A DNA stretch of 63,789 nucleotides, filler included, from Choristocarpus tenellus KU-1152 (Eukaryota; Protista; Phaeophyceae): NCBI GenBank assembly GCA_964200185.2. It is 12 parts of 12 records of this genome, joined end to end, with 100 filler letters (N's around TTAATTAATTAA, not from the genome) between each part and the next. Parts side by side here need not be neighbours in the genome. Positions count along the whole stretch, not along the records: positions 1 to 11,036 come from CAXNAD020002553.1; positions 11,137 to 19,957 come from CAXNAD020004293.1; 10 more parts are not named here. One strand, 5' to 3'. Positions 1-11,899 of this stretch are shown piece after piece. The notes beneath the pieces are model-generated. The model ran no database searches, was not told where the DNA came from, and worked only from the letters and a program-made list of their open reading frames with translations. Every line of letters starts with the position of its first letter. Within the stretch, counting starts at the first letter, position 1. Position numbers and translations under genes: made by a program.

Positions 1-166
1 GGGGGGGGGTTGGCGACTGTCCATTCGGGGATAATTTTTTAATGTCGTGATTTTTGGGTGATTTGGTTGCATACGTTGGATGGATAGTGTAAATGCATTT
101 TTCCTGATTATGGCCCAAATGGACACCCTGGTGTAGAACGCCCCCCGCCCCCAGATACTTTGGGTC
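1..166. mobile_element. MITE family A (~178 bp), near-complete copy cut at the window start
   Basis: Same sequence as 2878-3055, in reverse orientation. It ends CCAGATACTTTGGGTC. Confidence 0.85.
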
Positions 167-397
167 CAAACCAATTGAGAGGCAGGCAGGGTTGCATTTC
201 CAGATCCTGACAAAGGGTAAAAAGGGCCTTCTTTGCTTAATTGTGGAGGAACTTTATTCGTGGAAAGGGGGATTATCAATTTTTGTGTACACTGTGTCCA
301 CAAAAATCAATGAAATAGAGTGTATTGGACAGGGCAAGAAAGACGTCCTAGAATGCAAAAGGGTCCAAACCTGCCTACCTCTCAATTGGTTTGACTC
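167..397. mobile_element. MITE family C (~250 bp); its left TIR is clipped by the family A copy
   Basis: TIRs (GAGT)CAAACCAATTGAGAGGCAGGCAGG ... CCTGCCTACCTCTCAATTGGTTTGACTC. Homologous to 29203-29453, 49940-50191 and 50338-50594. Confidence 0.8.
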
Positions 398-547
398 TGA
401 TGTACCCTGATTCCTCTTGGGATAAGATCAGCACACAATACGTAGTATTTCGACAAGGCGTACATTTTAATCTCGTGCTGTTGATTTGTTTGCACTGTTG
501 TGGAATTGTGGAGCGTGTTTACTTTGGTTTAACCTAACAAGCGTTCG

Positions 548-578
<31 letters not shown>

Positions 579-1630
579 TTTATTTATTTATTTATTTTTC
601 TTGTCTAGTGTCGCTGTGAGTCGAAGTAAACGAGCGCCCAGGTTTTGGTCGTTTTGCATTTTCAAGTAATTTTTTCTATATTTTGCAATTCACCCATATT
701 TTTTATGGATGTTTTAACTTTGATTTGAGAGCGGATATTTCTCCATTGTTTGAACTTTTCCGATATAATTTAGAAAATATCATATGTATATATATGTTAA
801 AAAAAAAATCCGAATTCTGTATATATTTGTCAAGATTGATAAAATGCAACTCGTCTTGTTTTTGTTGACTCTCTGATTTCTATTAAATGTAAAAAATATG
901 TAAAATTGCTTCACTTCATACCCTTAATTTGTGGTTAAGACGGAACGGAAGCAGTGGTGGATCAGTGTACAAGAGTCCTCTGTCCACAGTTATTATGACA
1001 ATGGTAGTAGCTCAAACCAGGGAATCTTTCTTGCCTGGAATGATGATACCTACTGACAGCCCTGTGATAAAAAAAATCTGCTCAAGGTAAGGTTTCAAAA
1101 CAAGGACACCGCCCACCCAAGACTTAGTAGTTGAAATGTGTAACGGTTTTGATTTTTGGTAAGTGTTGCGAATTTCAAAAATAGTTTGGGTGCTGCAATG
1201 TTCTCGAGTGGGATGTTCTGAGAAAAATGGGCAAGGTACGTTGTTTAGCAAACCCTTGCACAAGGCTAATACCAAAAGATGGAAGTATAAAATCTTCATC
1301 CAATGGAAGAAGTCACACTGCACCCTCCGCCCTAATTACACTATACTTGTAGTTCCCTCTACTTCCCGAAACATTAGAAGACAGCAATGTCTTCCGATTT
1401 TGCTCCCTATCAAAAGAGAAGGGCTAAGGGTGTGTCATTAATGGAGAGACTCATGGATGTTCACGGCATTCCACTCAATACATTTCTATAGACCAGTTGG
1501 ATATAATCTATTTGCAGGGAACACTCTGTCAACATACATTAGTATTTTTATATTATTTATATATATATATGTATATATATGTACATATATGTTCTTAGCG
1601 CTCCTCAATCTTGTGTTTGCGTTTGACAAG

Positions 1631-3483
1631 GTGTATAGGTACATGAGAAGGTGCAGGTGTCAGTGTGCGCAGGAGCAGCTTTCTACTGTTCAAAAAATGG
1701 TTGATCAGTACATTCTACCTGGCTCTGAATTTGAGGTCAACATCGAGACCAAAATACGAGACAGGATAATGAAGGTCAGAACTATGTTCCTTACCCATTC
1801 TGTAGGGAGATGGATGTATGTGTAGATCCCTGCCCTCGGTTAGGGCTGAACGTTTTGTTTACGTTTTTGTTTACGTTTTTGTTTACGTTTTTGAACGATT
1901 GATACCGGTGTTACCACAAAATGCATTTGTTTGTCTGCATAATGTTGTGAAGGCAACCCCCTGCTATTCATACTCAAACCTGGAAAGGTTAGGGCTCTAT
2001 TAGGTGGTGTTCTTTGTGAATGAAAGGAAGTAAGTGCTATATGAAATTTCGATAAAATTCTACTGGACACCTACATCCTACATAAATGTATCACCATGTA
2101 CAGAAAGAAGCATAGGGGAAACCTCCAAGGTATTAATTATGTCAGAAGGGTTATTTTGTCCACTTTGAGCAACTTCAGTGCCCCTCTCTGTTGTGTGGTT
2201 CAGTGAAATTCGAGGGTGTGTCCTTGGTCTGAGAAAAGAAAATGTGAATTCAATAGGGCAAAATTTCTTTGGGGGATTGGAGCTACGGAAAATGCATAGG
2301 TCAACATCAGGGTCAGTGTAAAAGTATCTTAGAGGGTACGAGTTTTGCCGTGTTTGTCCGTTTGGGACTCGACTTCTCACCTTTTTTTTTTTACACATTT
2401 TCCTATTCCAAAATGTTTCGGAATTGGTAAAATATGTATGTTTTTGGAGTAGGTCACGTGCATAAGACTATGTAAAGGTGTGTCTGGAACAAGGATATTG
2501 ACTCTTCATCACAAACACGATAGCCAAAATCGCATCAAAATTGCAACATTGGATGTTAGCCCCAAATGGACGCGGCCGCACCCTCTAAGATGCTTTAACT
2601 CTCAGAGCCATGATAGAGACTGAACAGAGACATGGCGTAGAATGGTGTGTACTCAAAGACTCACAGTCGGAAGACTGACAGGATTGTGATGGTATAGTAG
2701 GAGGGACACTGAGGTCGAGGTTAACAAGATGCTTAAGGCCTCTCCTCATTTAATTGTCATTTTGGGAACACGAGGAAAAGGTCTTTCCTTCTAAACAATA
2801 CCTATGCATGGGGAAGCACACACCACATAGAGGTAGAACTACTCGTGCTCAACCTCCATTTCCGACTCCTAGCTTACAACCCAAAGTATCTGGGGGGTGG
2901 GGGGGGTCTGCACCAGGGTGTCCATTTAAGTCAAAATCAGGAAAAGTGCATTTACACTATCCATCCGACGTATGCAACCGAATCACCCAAAAATCGCAAC
3001 ATGAAATAATTGACCCCAAATGGACAGCCGCCACCCCCCCCAGATACTTTGAGCCTACCTCTATCCAACCGTCACTGTAACTCACAAATATAGCTTCTAT
3101 GGCACCAATGCTGCCTATGCCACAGCTCACCACTCCATAAACTCTAAGTCAACTGGTGGTGCCCAGCTGCCACTTCAACATTTCTAACCAACAACAGCCC
3201 CCTCAGTAGTGCTAGAAATGCCACAGGTTGCCAATTTGATTTTTTAAATCATCCAACTGTGGCTTCCGCCATTTATCCATCACCATGGTAACAACCTGAC
3301 TACTGTAACAATGACAACTGTGGTAGTTGTCGGAAGCGGTTTCCTTCACATCCTTACCTCCTGATAGTCGAATGGACATATTTCGTGAGGCGGAGACAGA
3401 AGTGCGTAGGATGCTGGAACAGAATTTGTTAGTGTCATTCATGGACAGCCTAGCTTGCCTCAAGGCCTACAGGGCACACCAGG
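1631..3483 (+). CDS. RGS (regulator of G-protein signalling) domain protein, two internal exons (1631-1774, 3327-3483); partial gene
   Basis: The spliced translation ...EQLSTVQKMVDQYILPGSEFEVNIETKIRDRIMK|LSEAVSFTSLPPDSRMDIFREAETEVRRMLEQNLLVSFMDS matches the RGS helices 5-9 pattern (YI.PGS..EVNI...; IF.EA..EV...ME....F..S). Exons have AG acceptors and GT donors (1775, 3484) with a phase-0 join. An alternative in-frame acceptor at 1673 is possible. Confidence 0.8.
2316..2601. mobile_element. MITE family B (~260-290 bp) in the RGS intron, TSD TCA
   Basis: TIR core AAAGTATCTTAGAGGGT / ACCCTCTAAGATGCTTT, with TCA duplicated on both flanks. Confidence 0.85.
2878..3055. mobile_element. MITE family A, complete, TSD TAC, in the RGS intron
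   Basis: TIRs (G/A)ACCCAAAGTATCTGGGGGG ... CCCCCCAGATACTTTGAGCC, flanked by TAC/TAC. Confidence 0.9.
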
Positions 3484-4215
3484 GTGAGATTTCCTGCAAA
3501 ACTAAACCCTCTGTGGGTTTGATATAATGTTCTATCCATATTAATGGTGGGTTATTGAAGTTTCCTTTCACTATGGGGCACCCAGCACTTGACTGCTTAG
3601 GGGTCTATCACCCTAGAGGGGGAATTTTCTTACATATTGTCACTGTGGGAGTTATTGTTCTTTGATTTCACTCCCCCCCTGTAAAATACTCTGGAATAAT
3701 TAAATGTGCAACAATCAAGTACACACTACTATATTTACAGGGCTAGGGCTAGGGTTAGGTTATATTTTCAGGGTCATATCACAAGCACACAATCTAGTCT
3801 CTCTTCCCTCCCAGTACGACATTCACCACACACCTCTAGTTTGTTGGTTGGTATACCTTCTTTGGGACTCCCCACACACGCCTGCAAGTGTTTATATCTG
3901 GGCAGTAACAATTCCTTTATTACAATGATAGCATCACTTGCACCCAACTCATTACCTTTCTTCTCTTGCCCACACAACAAACAAACAGAACCTACTGTGT
4001 GCAAAATTCAGATAGTGCTGCAGTACTGATTACACCTCAACGGTTGTTTGGAATTGTGACATTTCCAACCCCACTCGCCTTTCTATCAGGGTTGTCCGGA
4101 CAGAAAGACTCAGAGTATTTTGAAGTTTCCAACTTGCAGTGGGCAGGAATGAAGATCTACCACTTTCGTTGATGGGTGTTGTCATAATTTCCCATAAACT
4201 TCATACCTGATCTCT

Positions 4216-4310
4216 GAGCCAAACCGATTGAGTGGTAGGGAGGTTTGGACCCTTCTGCATCTTAAGCCATCTTTCTTACCCTGTCCAATACACTCTATTT
4301 CGTTGCTTAA
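4216..4310. mobile_element. MITE family C, truncated copy
   Basis: GAGCCAAACCGATTGAGTGGTAGGGAGG...CTTACCCTGTCCAATACACTCTATTTC matches the family C end. Confidence 0.65.
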
Positions 4311-4349
4311 TGTGTAACCTTGTATGTCTCATTGGTCTGTGCTGCATTG

Positions 4350-5100
4350 CGGGTATGACATGCCCACTCACATGGTGGCGAAGGTGATGCATGGAATGAG
4401 ACTGGCAGTGATGGATATTCCCACGACAAGTCTGATAGAAGTGTTTCCTTCATGAGGGCCATGCTCCAGATGGGATCCCCAATACAAGAGACAAAGGCGG
4501 CAATGACATAGCGAGAGTGTTTTGCGGTGGTAGCACTGCTAAAAAACTCCAGAAAGTAGACTTAGGAGATGTTATTGAATCAGGACGTTTCATGCTTGAT
4601 GTGTAGTGTGGGATCTCCATCCAAGATGAAGCCCTAACGCTATCCATGGACCACCAAAGATACATTTTTGTCAATCTTAGCAGAAAAGGGAACAAGAACC
4701 TCTAAGATATACTCAAATTTCAATATTGTATATATAATGTATGAACGAAGATAGTATTGCAAAGCCCAGCAGAGCTTTGAAATCTCTCGATTGAACCACT
4801 CTGTGTTCCCAATGAAGTGGGGTGGACCAATGTAGAGTGGACCACCGTTTACGATTTTGCTTTTGAGCACGTTTCCCTGACGCGTGAATATGGGGACCCC
4901 CTTCCAAGAACTTGAAAATACTGAATAGCTTTGGGTTGGTGAATGGTGTCGAAATAGGATGGGCTTCCAGCATGTTACTTTGTGGTGTAAGCATTTATAA
5001 CATCGACACTTGCATGGCAAAACATGAATGAAACAGGATAAAAAACACTTGCTGAGTTTGATCTGTGGCAAGGAAACTGTGAGGAGCTAGCTCGCTGCTG
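4350..5100 (-). mobile_element. Decayed Ty3/gypsy-like pol remnant (RT/RNase H)
   Basis: Frameshifted fragments resemble the L..FLG..NYY..FI and RNase H segments (RDFKALLGFA; LQYYLRSYI). Many stops. Confidence 0.4.
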
Positions 5101-8049
5101 CGTTCCTCTCAACGTATTTTCTCATGCATGCTCCGTTCCGACTGCTACAGTCTCAATTCTCGAATAGCTGCAGCGACAAAAGTCTTTAGGGAGTACTAAT
5201 ATTACATGCTCTTTGGGGTTTATGAAATATACACGTCTGTTTGTATGAAAAACTATGTGTGTGGATTTGATAAGATAGCATATTTTTGTTATCGAAGTCT
5301 CTCTATCGTGCCGAGTAATGTACAAAATGAATGTCATTGTTCGTTGATGTGGTTGTTATCCGTATCCTTGATCCTGATGATGAGATGATCTTCACCATCA
5401 TTGCAGCAGGTAGATGCATGATGTAGGCAGTCAAGACCCATCGCAGTTCTACTATCCACCAGGCTGATTAACCACAAGCTCTAGCATATTTCATTCACGT
5501 ACACCTCCATGGTGTCCATCATACATTTTCCAAGTACAGAGATGAAGTACAATGAGCAACACCACCCCTCTTATATCGCTCACCCTACTTGTTTACCAAC
5601 AACATGCACTAGCCTGACGAAGTGGGATACTTGTTGACGAGGAGAAGAATTGCGAGCTCTATGTCCCTGCTGAATGACCGCGATCTAATGCAGGAATAGG
5701 CACAGGGACAGACCTGGTAATCGGACCAAAAAATCATCACTTTGTCACACAGCCTCTGTAAAAAGTAAATTCAACTGGCATGAGCATCAGTGATGTTCTT
5801 CTTAAGCTTGTATATGTGCTTCAACAAGGCTGGTTGAACTTGTTGGACTTGTGCTACGAAAATGCTGTAACGAATACCCTTCAGATCTCCTTGCTCAATA
5901 TATATATCAAATTTATGTGGTGGGGGGAGGATGGGCAAGAGGATATACCAATTGCTCCACCACAGTATCTCCGACTGAATACTGTATCTTACTTATTGTT
6001 TAGAAAGGTGTGAAGCCCCTTCAACTCACAACTTCTTGCTCCTCGTAGGTTGGTCGGTGCTTGGGGCTTCAGGTTAATATTTTTGTCCCACAAGATCGAA
6101 ATAATTCACCGTCACAGACAAGTGGAGTGCCTCTCTTTGTGTTCCTTGGGGTTAGTCAGGACCTAAGATCTGGAGGCAGCCTCTTGGGACCGTAAGTTCT
6201 CTTTCGTCCTGTGCCCATTTACTGGTGGAAGAGTTCACTCCATTCCTCAATGTGACTTCTGTCCACAGCCATGTAAGGACTAAGAACGTTGAGATCAGTG
6301 TTACCGACAACTTGTAGGGGGAAGGTGGAACCCTAAAATATATGTTGTAACGACGTTCTCAATACAGAGACGCCAAATTGTGTATTACAGTGTATCTCAC
6401 TGCATTTCACTGCCACAATAGAAGACGAGCATGATTGCCGAAATAATGCGCTTTCTAACTAATGGGGAGACCACCTCAATCTCCAGCGTGACGAACCGAT
6501 TATACGTGCTTTTTTGGTACCAGCTGGTGGCTGCCTCCTAATTTTGGTTGTCTAGTGTCGCAAGTTGCTGTGAACACCTTTTTCCCAAAAAAAAAATGAA
6601 AAAGAAGACCTGGCATTAATTGTCTTACCAGAATTAAATTTGTTGCTAAATGACAGTCGAAGTTGTGTATGGTAAAAGACAAAAAACGTTGAACGTTATT
6701 ATTAGCAGGTCGGATTTACATTTTTTTCTGGTTTAGGGTCAATGACATATACTGCAGATGTTGTGATGGGGGGGAAGGAACCAACATACAAGAAAACTCC
6801 GACAAAAGCAACAATAATAGCGTCGGTTCTCCTTTAAACGAAGTTATTCCACAATAGTACATCTTTAATATTTAAAAACAAGAAATAGAGGTTTTCCTGT
6901 ACTCCATGAGGTAGTGTTACCTTTCTACCCATACTTTCTTGTCGTGCGGTTTCTACTGTTGTGTGGTGTTTCTACAGAAGAGAGAGGTGTATGGATACAC
7001 TGTAGTAGGGGATAGTTACAGGAGGACACCTGCGTGTACAGAGCTCCATTTCATGTTACCTTTGCCGTATCATCTCTTCTTTCGTACGAAAGTTCAAGCA
7101 AGCGTATTCTGTCTCTGTGATCCGACCTTGGAAGAACAAAGAGGCAAGAGACACCAGACTAAGTTGGTATCGGCTTGTGGCTAAGGATGCAACAACAGCA
7201 TGTGGCATTATTGTTGTTTGTAGTAACAATAGTACCTGACTGTGCTACCAGTTGACTAAGTTGTAGTTCTCTTTATTGTTGCAGTTTTAAAGCGCACTCT
7301 TCCTTGCCTGCGTTTGTTAGTATTTCAAATAACCATGTAGAAAAGTGTTTTGTGTGTATATACTATTGACCCCTCCCCTTATGGACAGCAAGTACCAGTG
7401 CCTGCTGCTTCCTTTGTCTTGCCTGAAACTGCCCAGATATCTCGTGTTCCTCTTTCTGCTGGCAGTTGATTTCCGAGAAAGAACTGCTCTATCATCCTCA
7501 TCGACTTTGTTATTTACTATCACTCTCAACACGATACATTGAAGCGCATACGCGATGCTTGCCCTCTCCCCTTGATCTATTACAATATATTTGTTTGCTC
7601 CACTTCCTGGTTACGGTATGTATATTGAGTAGTTGATTGATCTACTGTCTGCCTTGGGTATCCGTTGAGGAACACCATGTCGATGTTCTTCGTTAATATC
7701 ATACTCAAACTATTATGCAAATTCTTGTGGAGTGGTCTATTATTCTGTCAGTGTATGTCATTATGTCTGATCTTGTTACACATATAAGTCACTCCTTGCT
7801 ACTACTGCTGTAATTATGAAACAAGAAGGATGTCTCCACTGTTAGCCATGCACAATACTGTCGCAGATAATTTGTAATGGATACTTTTTAAACGTGAACG
7901 TGGTTGGTGTGTCACTCACCTGACGGTCAACAAATAACTTTTTTTTAAATTTCGATTATTCCATATTAATATTTTTAGCTAGATACGGTAAGTTAGAACA
8001 TATGTATCTAATACCAAGTGTTCAAAATATGGGAAATATGCATAATCAA

Positions 8050-8660
8050 TGAGAACAGGTGTGAAAGCGTTGAGGTGACTGACCGTTTGCAACCATAGGA
8101 TAGTGTTTTAGGGTTTAGTGGTGCGCATGGACAATGCCCAAGAACTTCATGTGTGTGTGGAACCTTGCATCGAAGAACCAAAGGGGAAGATGGGAGGCCG
8201 GAGAAAAATTGGTGGTGGTGCCTCCAGGATGACCTCGACTGTTTCAAGATCCCAACTCTGAAAAGCTGGGCTTACTTGCACAAGATAAAAGATCGATGAC
8301 ACAGATGTGTGGAGGATAGAGGCAAATATTTCGTTGTTGTTTGGCTTACTAAGGAGGCCGACGCAGCAGCATCTCATCACGAAAAAGTGCCCAAGGTGAC
8401 CAAAAACACGGGAACTTGTTATCTCTTTGTTGGCGATGGGGTCTGGCGTAGAATAGCCACCTCGGTACAAAATGTGGTATCTATTCAGAGTATGTATGTG
8501 TTGCGGCTGGGTATGCACTTTGAACTTAATATATTTTTCTGATGCGTGCCTATCAATAACCAAGTGTGAGTGGGTACAATCCCCTCCTTGGGCTAATTTC
8601 GGGAGGGTCTTGACTGCTGGGCCTTCATCTTTGTCTCCATCCTTGATCTCGTGCATTTTT
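8050..8660 (-). mobile_element. Decayed Ty1/copia RT remnant
   Basis: HEIKDG...GDCTHSHLVIDR...TQPQHIHTLNRY resembles the copia RT segment (DLG....LG..I.RDR....SQ..YI..LL.RF). Confidence 0.45.
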
Positions 8661-8973
8661 TCTCTTCTTTTTATGTAATACCCAAAGTATGCGGGATTTA
8701 TTACATGTTGTATTATGTGTCATACTTTGCTTTTTCCCATATTCATTTTTTAATTTCTACTTTCGTCTTCTTTTTTTTTTGCTTTTTTAATCACGGCTTT
8801 GAGTATGCTGTTTGGTGGCACGCTTCCTCCTTCGACTGTTGAATGTCAGGCGCGGAAGACATTTTATATCTTGTTATTTGTTGCTATGGCACACACACAA
8901 GAGCCTCTTCAATTGGAACTCCAAAACAGGTTGAGATTGGAAGTGATCATGTGGGACTCCCTCTCGTCCACTC

Positions 8974-9229
8974 GAGTCAAAGCATTTGAGAGGGTGGGAG
9001 TTTTGCCCAATTTGTCCGTACGGGGCTTGGCTTCCCACAGGTTTTCTTATCTTGTTTCTGTTTGTGAACACAGTTACCTAAAATGTATACGACTATGGAA
9101 GGTGTGTCTGGACCAAAGATATTGATACTTGCTAACAAACACGATAATATCCAAAATTCATCAAAATCGCAACGTTGGATTTAAGATCCACGAACGGACG
9201 CGGCCTTACCCTCTTAAATGATTTGGGTC
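8974..9229. mobile_element. MITE family B, diverged subfamily copy
   Basis: GAGTCAAAGCATTTGAGAGGGT ... ACCCTCTTAAATGATTTGGGTC. The internal block GGTGTGTCTGGACCAAAGATATTGA is shared with other B copies. Confidence 0.8.
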
Positions 9230-9986
9230 ACTTTTGGAAGTCTAGTAGAGCAACCTTGTACTGCAGACGTCTGGAAATATAACCTTTATCCTTGTGCTTT
9301 CGAAGTTTAGAATCAGGACACTTCTACGTAGGTCTGGTTTTTATCACCATCTCATATGAAATGTTATTTTACTCAGACACATGCAAATGTACATCAGGTG
9401 CCTTACGATTTGTCTGTAGACCACTCTCCTCAATACGAACAGTATGTTGCTTTTTTCTCTCTATGGCAGCATCTACCTTTCCAAATATCCAAGCATTACT
9501 TGCATCATGCATCGAACTAAATGTGCGCTACACAGCATATCAATCCACACTGAAAATGTTAGCAAACTAGATATAGTTGTAGTATTTTGCTTATTTTGTA
9601 TTTATGAGTTTGAAGGAGTCGGTCAAGAAAGTCTTGTCTACTTCTGGCGGGCTAAGAGACCGCCTGCTCGTTTGATATCGATATCAAATAAGAACAGACC
9701 ACTGTGAGTGGTTGGTGGTGGATGCGACACGTCAATCATTCCCGATTTTAACTAGTAAGTATGAGGGCACTGCTTTGGGTGAACATGAATAAGAACAGTA
9801 AGGTAAATCCTTCTAAAGTTGCTGGAACAGTTTCTTACAGCACATAACAAGCTGATAGGTTGCGTCGTGGGGAAGGTCCTAAATAAAAGGTGGGCGTGCT
9901 TCGTTCACTTCATTTAGTTGACTCTTTTTTTCTGCTGTGTATGGACTATTCTGCAATGGGCAGAAGTAATGCTAGGAGATGCTGTG

Positions 9987-10068
9987 TAGGGTTGGGTTGG
10001 GTTGGGTTGGGTTGGGTTGGGTTGGGGTTAGGGTTAGGGTGAAGGTGAAGAATAGGGTTAGGGTTAGG
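9987..10068 (+). repeat. (GGGTT)n microsatellite grading into interstitial telomere-like (TTAGGG) units
   Basis: Read directly: GGGTTGGGTT...GGGGTTAGGGTTAGGGTGAAGGTGAAGAATAGGGTTAGGGTTAGG. Confidence 0.8.
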
Positions 10069-11036
10069 CACCTCCCTAGCCTGTCCTATTATAAAAAAAA
10101 AATTACGACAAGGGTAGCAATACCAACACCAGTGATTTTAGGCGCTCCCATGCACGTGTGGCCATATATTGGTACTACTGTATCTGTTAGTCTCCAGGTA
10201 CTACTCCAGAGTATAACTTTTGCTGCCTTTCTTGGCAGCTGTCCATGCATCCACATTCCAGGTAGGTGTTGATACGCAGGAAGAAGATGAGGAGTCGCAC
10301 ATGATTTAGGTTCAGCCTGTTCTTTGTCAAGGTTGCAATATTGTTACAAGCGAATATCGCTAGTATTTATTCTCGTGCTCTTACCAGTGCGAGCAGTAAA
10401 CGCGCGCGTGGAACCCCAAAAAAGGAACTCCGATTTGCCAAAAGTTGCAGTGCAAGATCTGTTAGTAAAAAAAACGGTTTTCGAATGTAATATGATATCT
10501 GTAAACTCGAAATGGATTGATGGTTAGAGGTGCCTACCAGTCACTCTCTTTTAATCCATGTTGTACACTTACATTGAATGAGAGTATATCTTCATCTGCT
10601 GACCTGATATTCACCATCTTCGTTGGACCTTTTGACTGTTGGAGTATCCCAGGAGTCCTGTACAGGCATCATCAACACCGTCTATAGGCCTGTGGGCTGG
10701 AGCTACACATCCCGTCGAGGTAAGCTTCGGAGCGTGGTGTAACAATATCCCCAGCTGTTGAGAGTATGCACTTCGAGTCTGCTTATATCTGTAGGAAGAA
10801 TGATCAAACTGGTTCAGACAAGTTCGGCCAGGCACGGAAATTTTGAGGTCCTTTCCCGCCACCTGTTAAAACTCCACTGCCATAACTGTCAATTATTCGG
10901 AGGTCTCCAGCAATGTCGAATGCATCAACAACATGTGCTATTTCCTCCATGTACTCCCTCATCATGCGTTCCATCCTCCCACCACCAACAGCTGAACTAA
11001 ACTCCCTCCACACATAACAGTGGAAGCTCTTATGAG

Positions 11037-11136
11037 NNNNNNNNNNNNNNNNNNNNNNNNNNNNNNNNNNNNNNNNNNNNTTAATTAATTAANNNNNNNN
11101 NNNNNNNNNNNNNNNNNNNNNNNNNNNNNNNNNNNN
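11037..11136. other. Artificial contig spacer (44N-TTAATTAATTAA-44N). Identical spacers at 19958-20057, 23868-23967, 30037-30136, 33247-33346, 37926-38025, 40562-40661, 44696-44795, 51917-52016, 58022-58121, 60946-61045
   Basis: The same 100-nt structure occurs 11 times. The palindromic 12-mer places stop codons in all six frames. Confidence 0.97.
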
Positions 11137-11608
11137 CCCCCCCTCCCAGATACTTTGGGTCAATGCTGCCGGTGCTCTATGTCCACTTGTCCATCCACAA
11201 CGGCACTATGGTGCTTAGGGTTATTGGATTACTCTCTTCCTGCATGTAAAACAAAAGTAGAGATAACTAGTCCCCAAAACATAGAAAATGGTCACGTGGA
11301 CAACTGTCAGCTTGGGATGTACGCTCGAGGTATTCAACTCAGTGGAAGATGAAGCTAGTGCTGTTGATTCTACTCTTTCAGCTGTGTCGAGATCATTTTC
11401 CTAACAAAAATATCCCAGATATTGTATGGATCATGTACCGCAGTCTCTTCGCTTCAGTGGACTGGACCATCTCCTCAGAAAAATCCCTTCTTTCAGGAGC
11501 AGATGTTCTCATACAAAAAAAATGAATAACATCAACAAATACCAACCGCGTATTGTGCTCTTTTGTTACTTCATTCCACCTTGTATTCTTGTGGCCTGGG
11601 GTGGGCAG

Positions 11609-11717
11609 ATGGGCAAGACCCCACTAGATGTAGCAAGGGAGGCACAGCAGCAGGAAGCAGTCAAACTGCTCGAGGAGCACTTGCTGGCTGAACCTGCACA
11701 TGAGGTTCTATCAGAGG
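11609..11717 (+). CDS. Ankyrin-repeat exon (GKTPLDVAREAQQQEAVKLL); probably near the 3' end of a gene whose start lies outside the contig
   Basis: Canonical ankyrin G.TPL..A......V.LL motif directly after a cag acceptor, with a candidate gtggga donor. A possible tiny terminal exon at 11886-11896 (ttcag|CATCTGGTTGA) is phase-compatible. Confidence 0.6.
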
Positions 11718-11899
11718 GTGGGATGCACGTGAGAAAACCCAAGTATATATGTAAACTGCAGAATGTCGAGGGAGCATCGACCTGTGCACTACCTTAGTTC
11801 TTCTGTTCATTCATTTCGGATCGTTTTTCGATCCTGGATACTAGGTGTAACCATCTTACAGTAGGGTACTTCGTCCTTTGTTCAGCATCTGGTTGAACA

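Noticed and set aside
1848-1895. Short tandem repeats: 12-bp ACGTTTTTGTTT x4; also 13-bp x3 at ~32173 and 10-11-bp doublets at ~33580 and ~39381
   Set aside because: Ordinary slippage repeats with no spacers or structure.
2754-3080. ORFs with recurring 'PKVSGG/KSGKVHLHYPS' peptides (also 36793-37026)
   Set aside because: They are translations of the non-coding family A MITE.
10197-10261. Possible exon (ctccag...CCAG|GTAGGT)
   Set aside because: The splice sites are plausible, but there is no recognisable peptide and no supported link to the RGS gene.
11081-11092. Regularly recurring TTAATTAATTAA palindrome as a biological repeat or CRISPR-like unit
   Set aside because: It is always centred in N runs, so it is an assembly linker with six-frame stops.
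1631-11717. RGS-ankyrin fusion gene
   Set aside because: The two are on the same strand but separated by the spacer at 11037-11136, and there is no evidence the contigs are adjacent.
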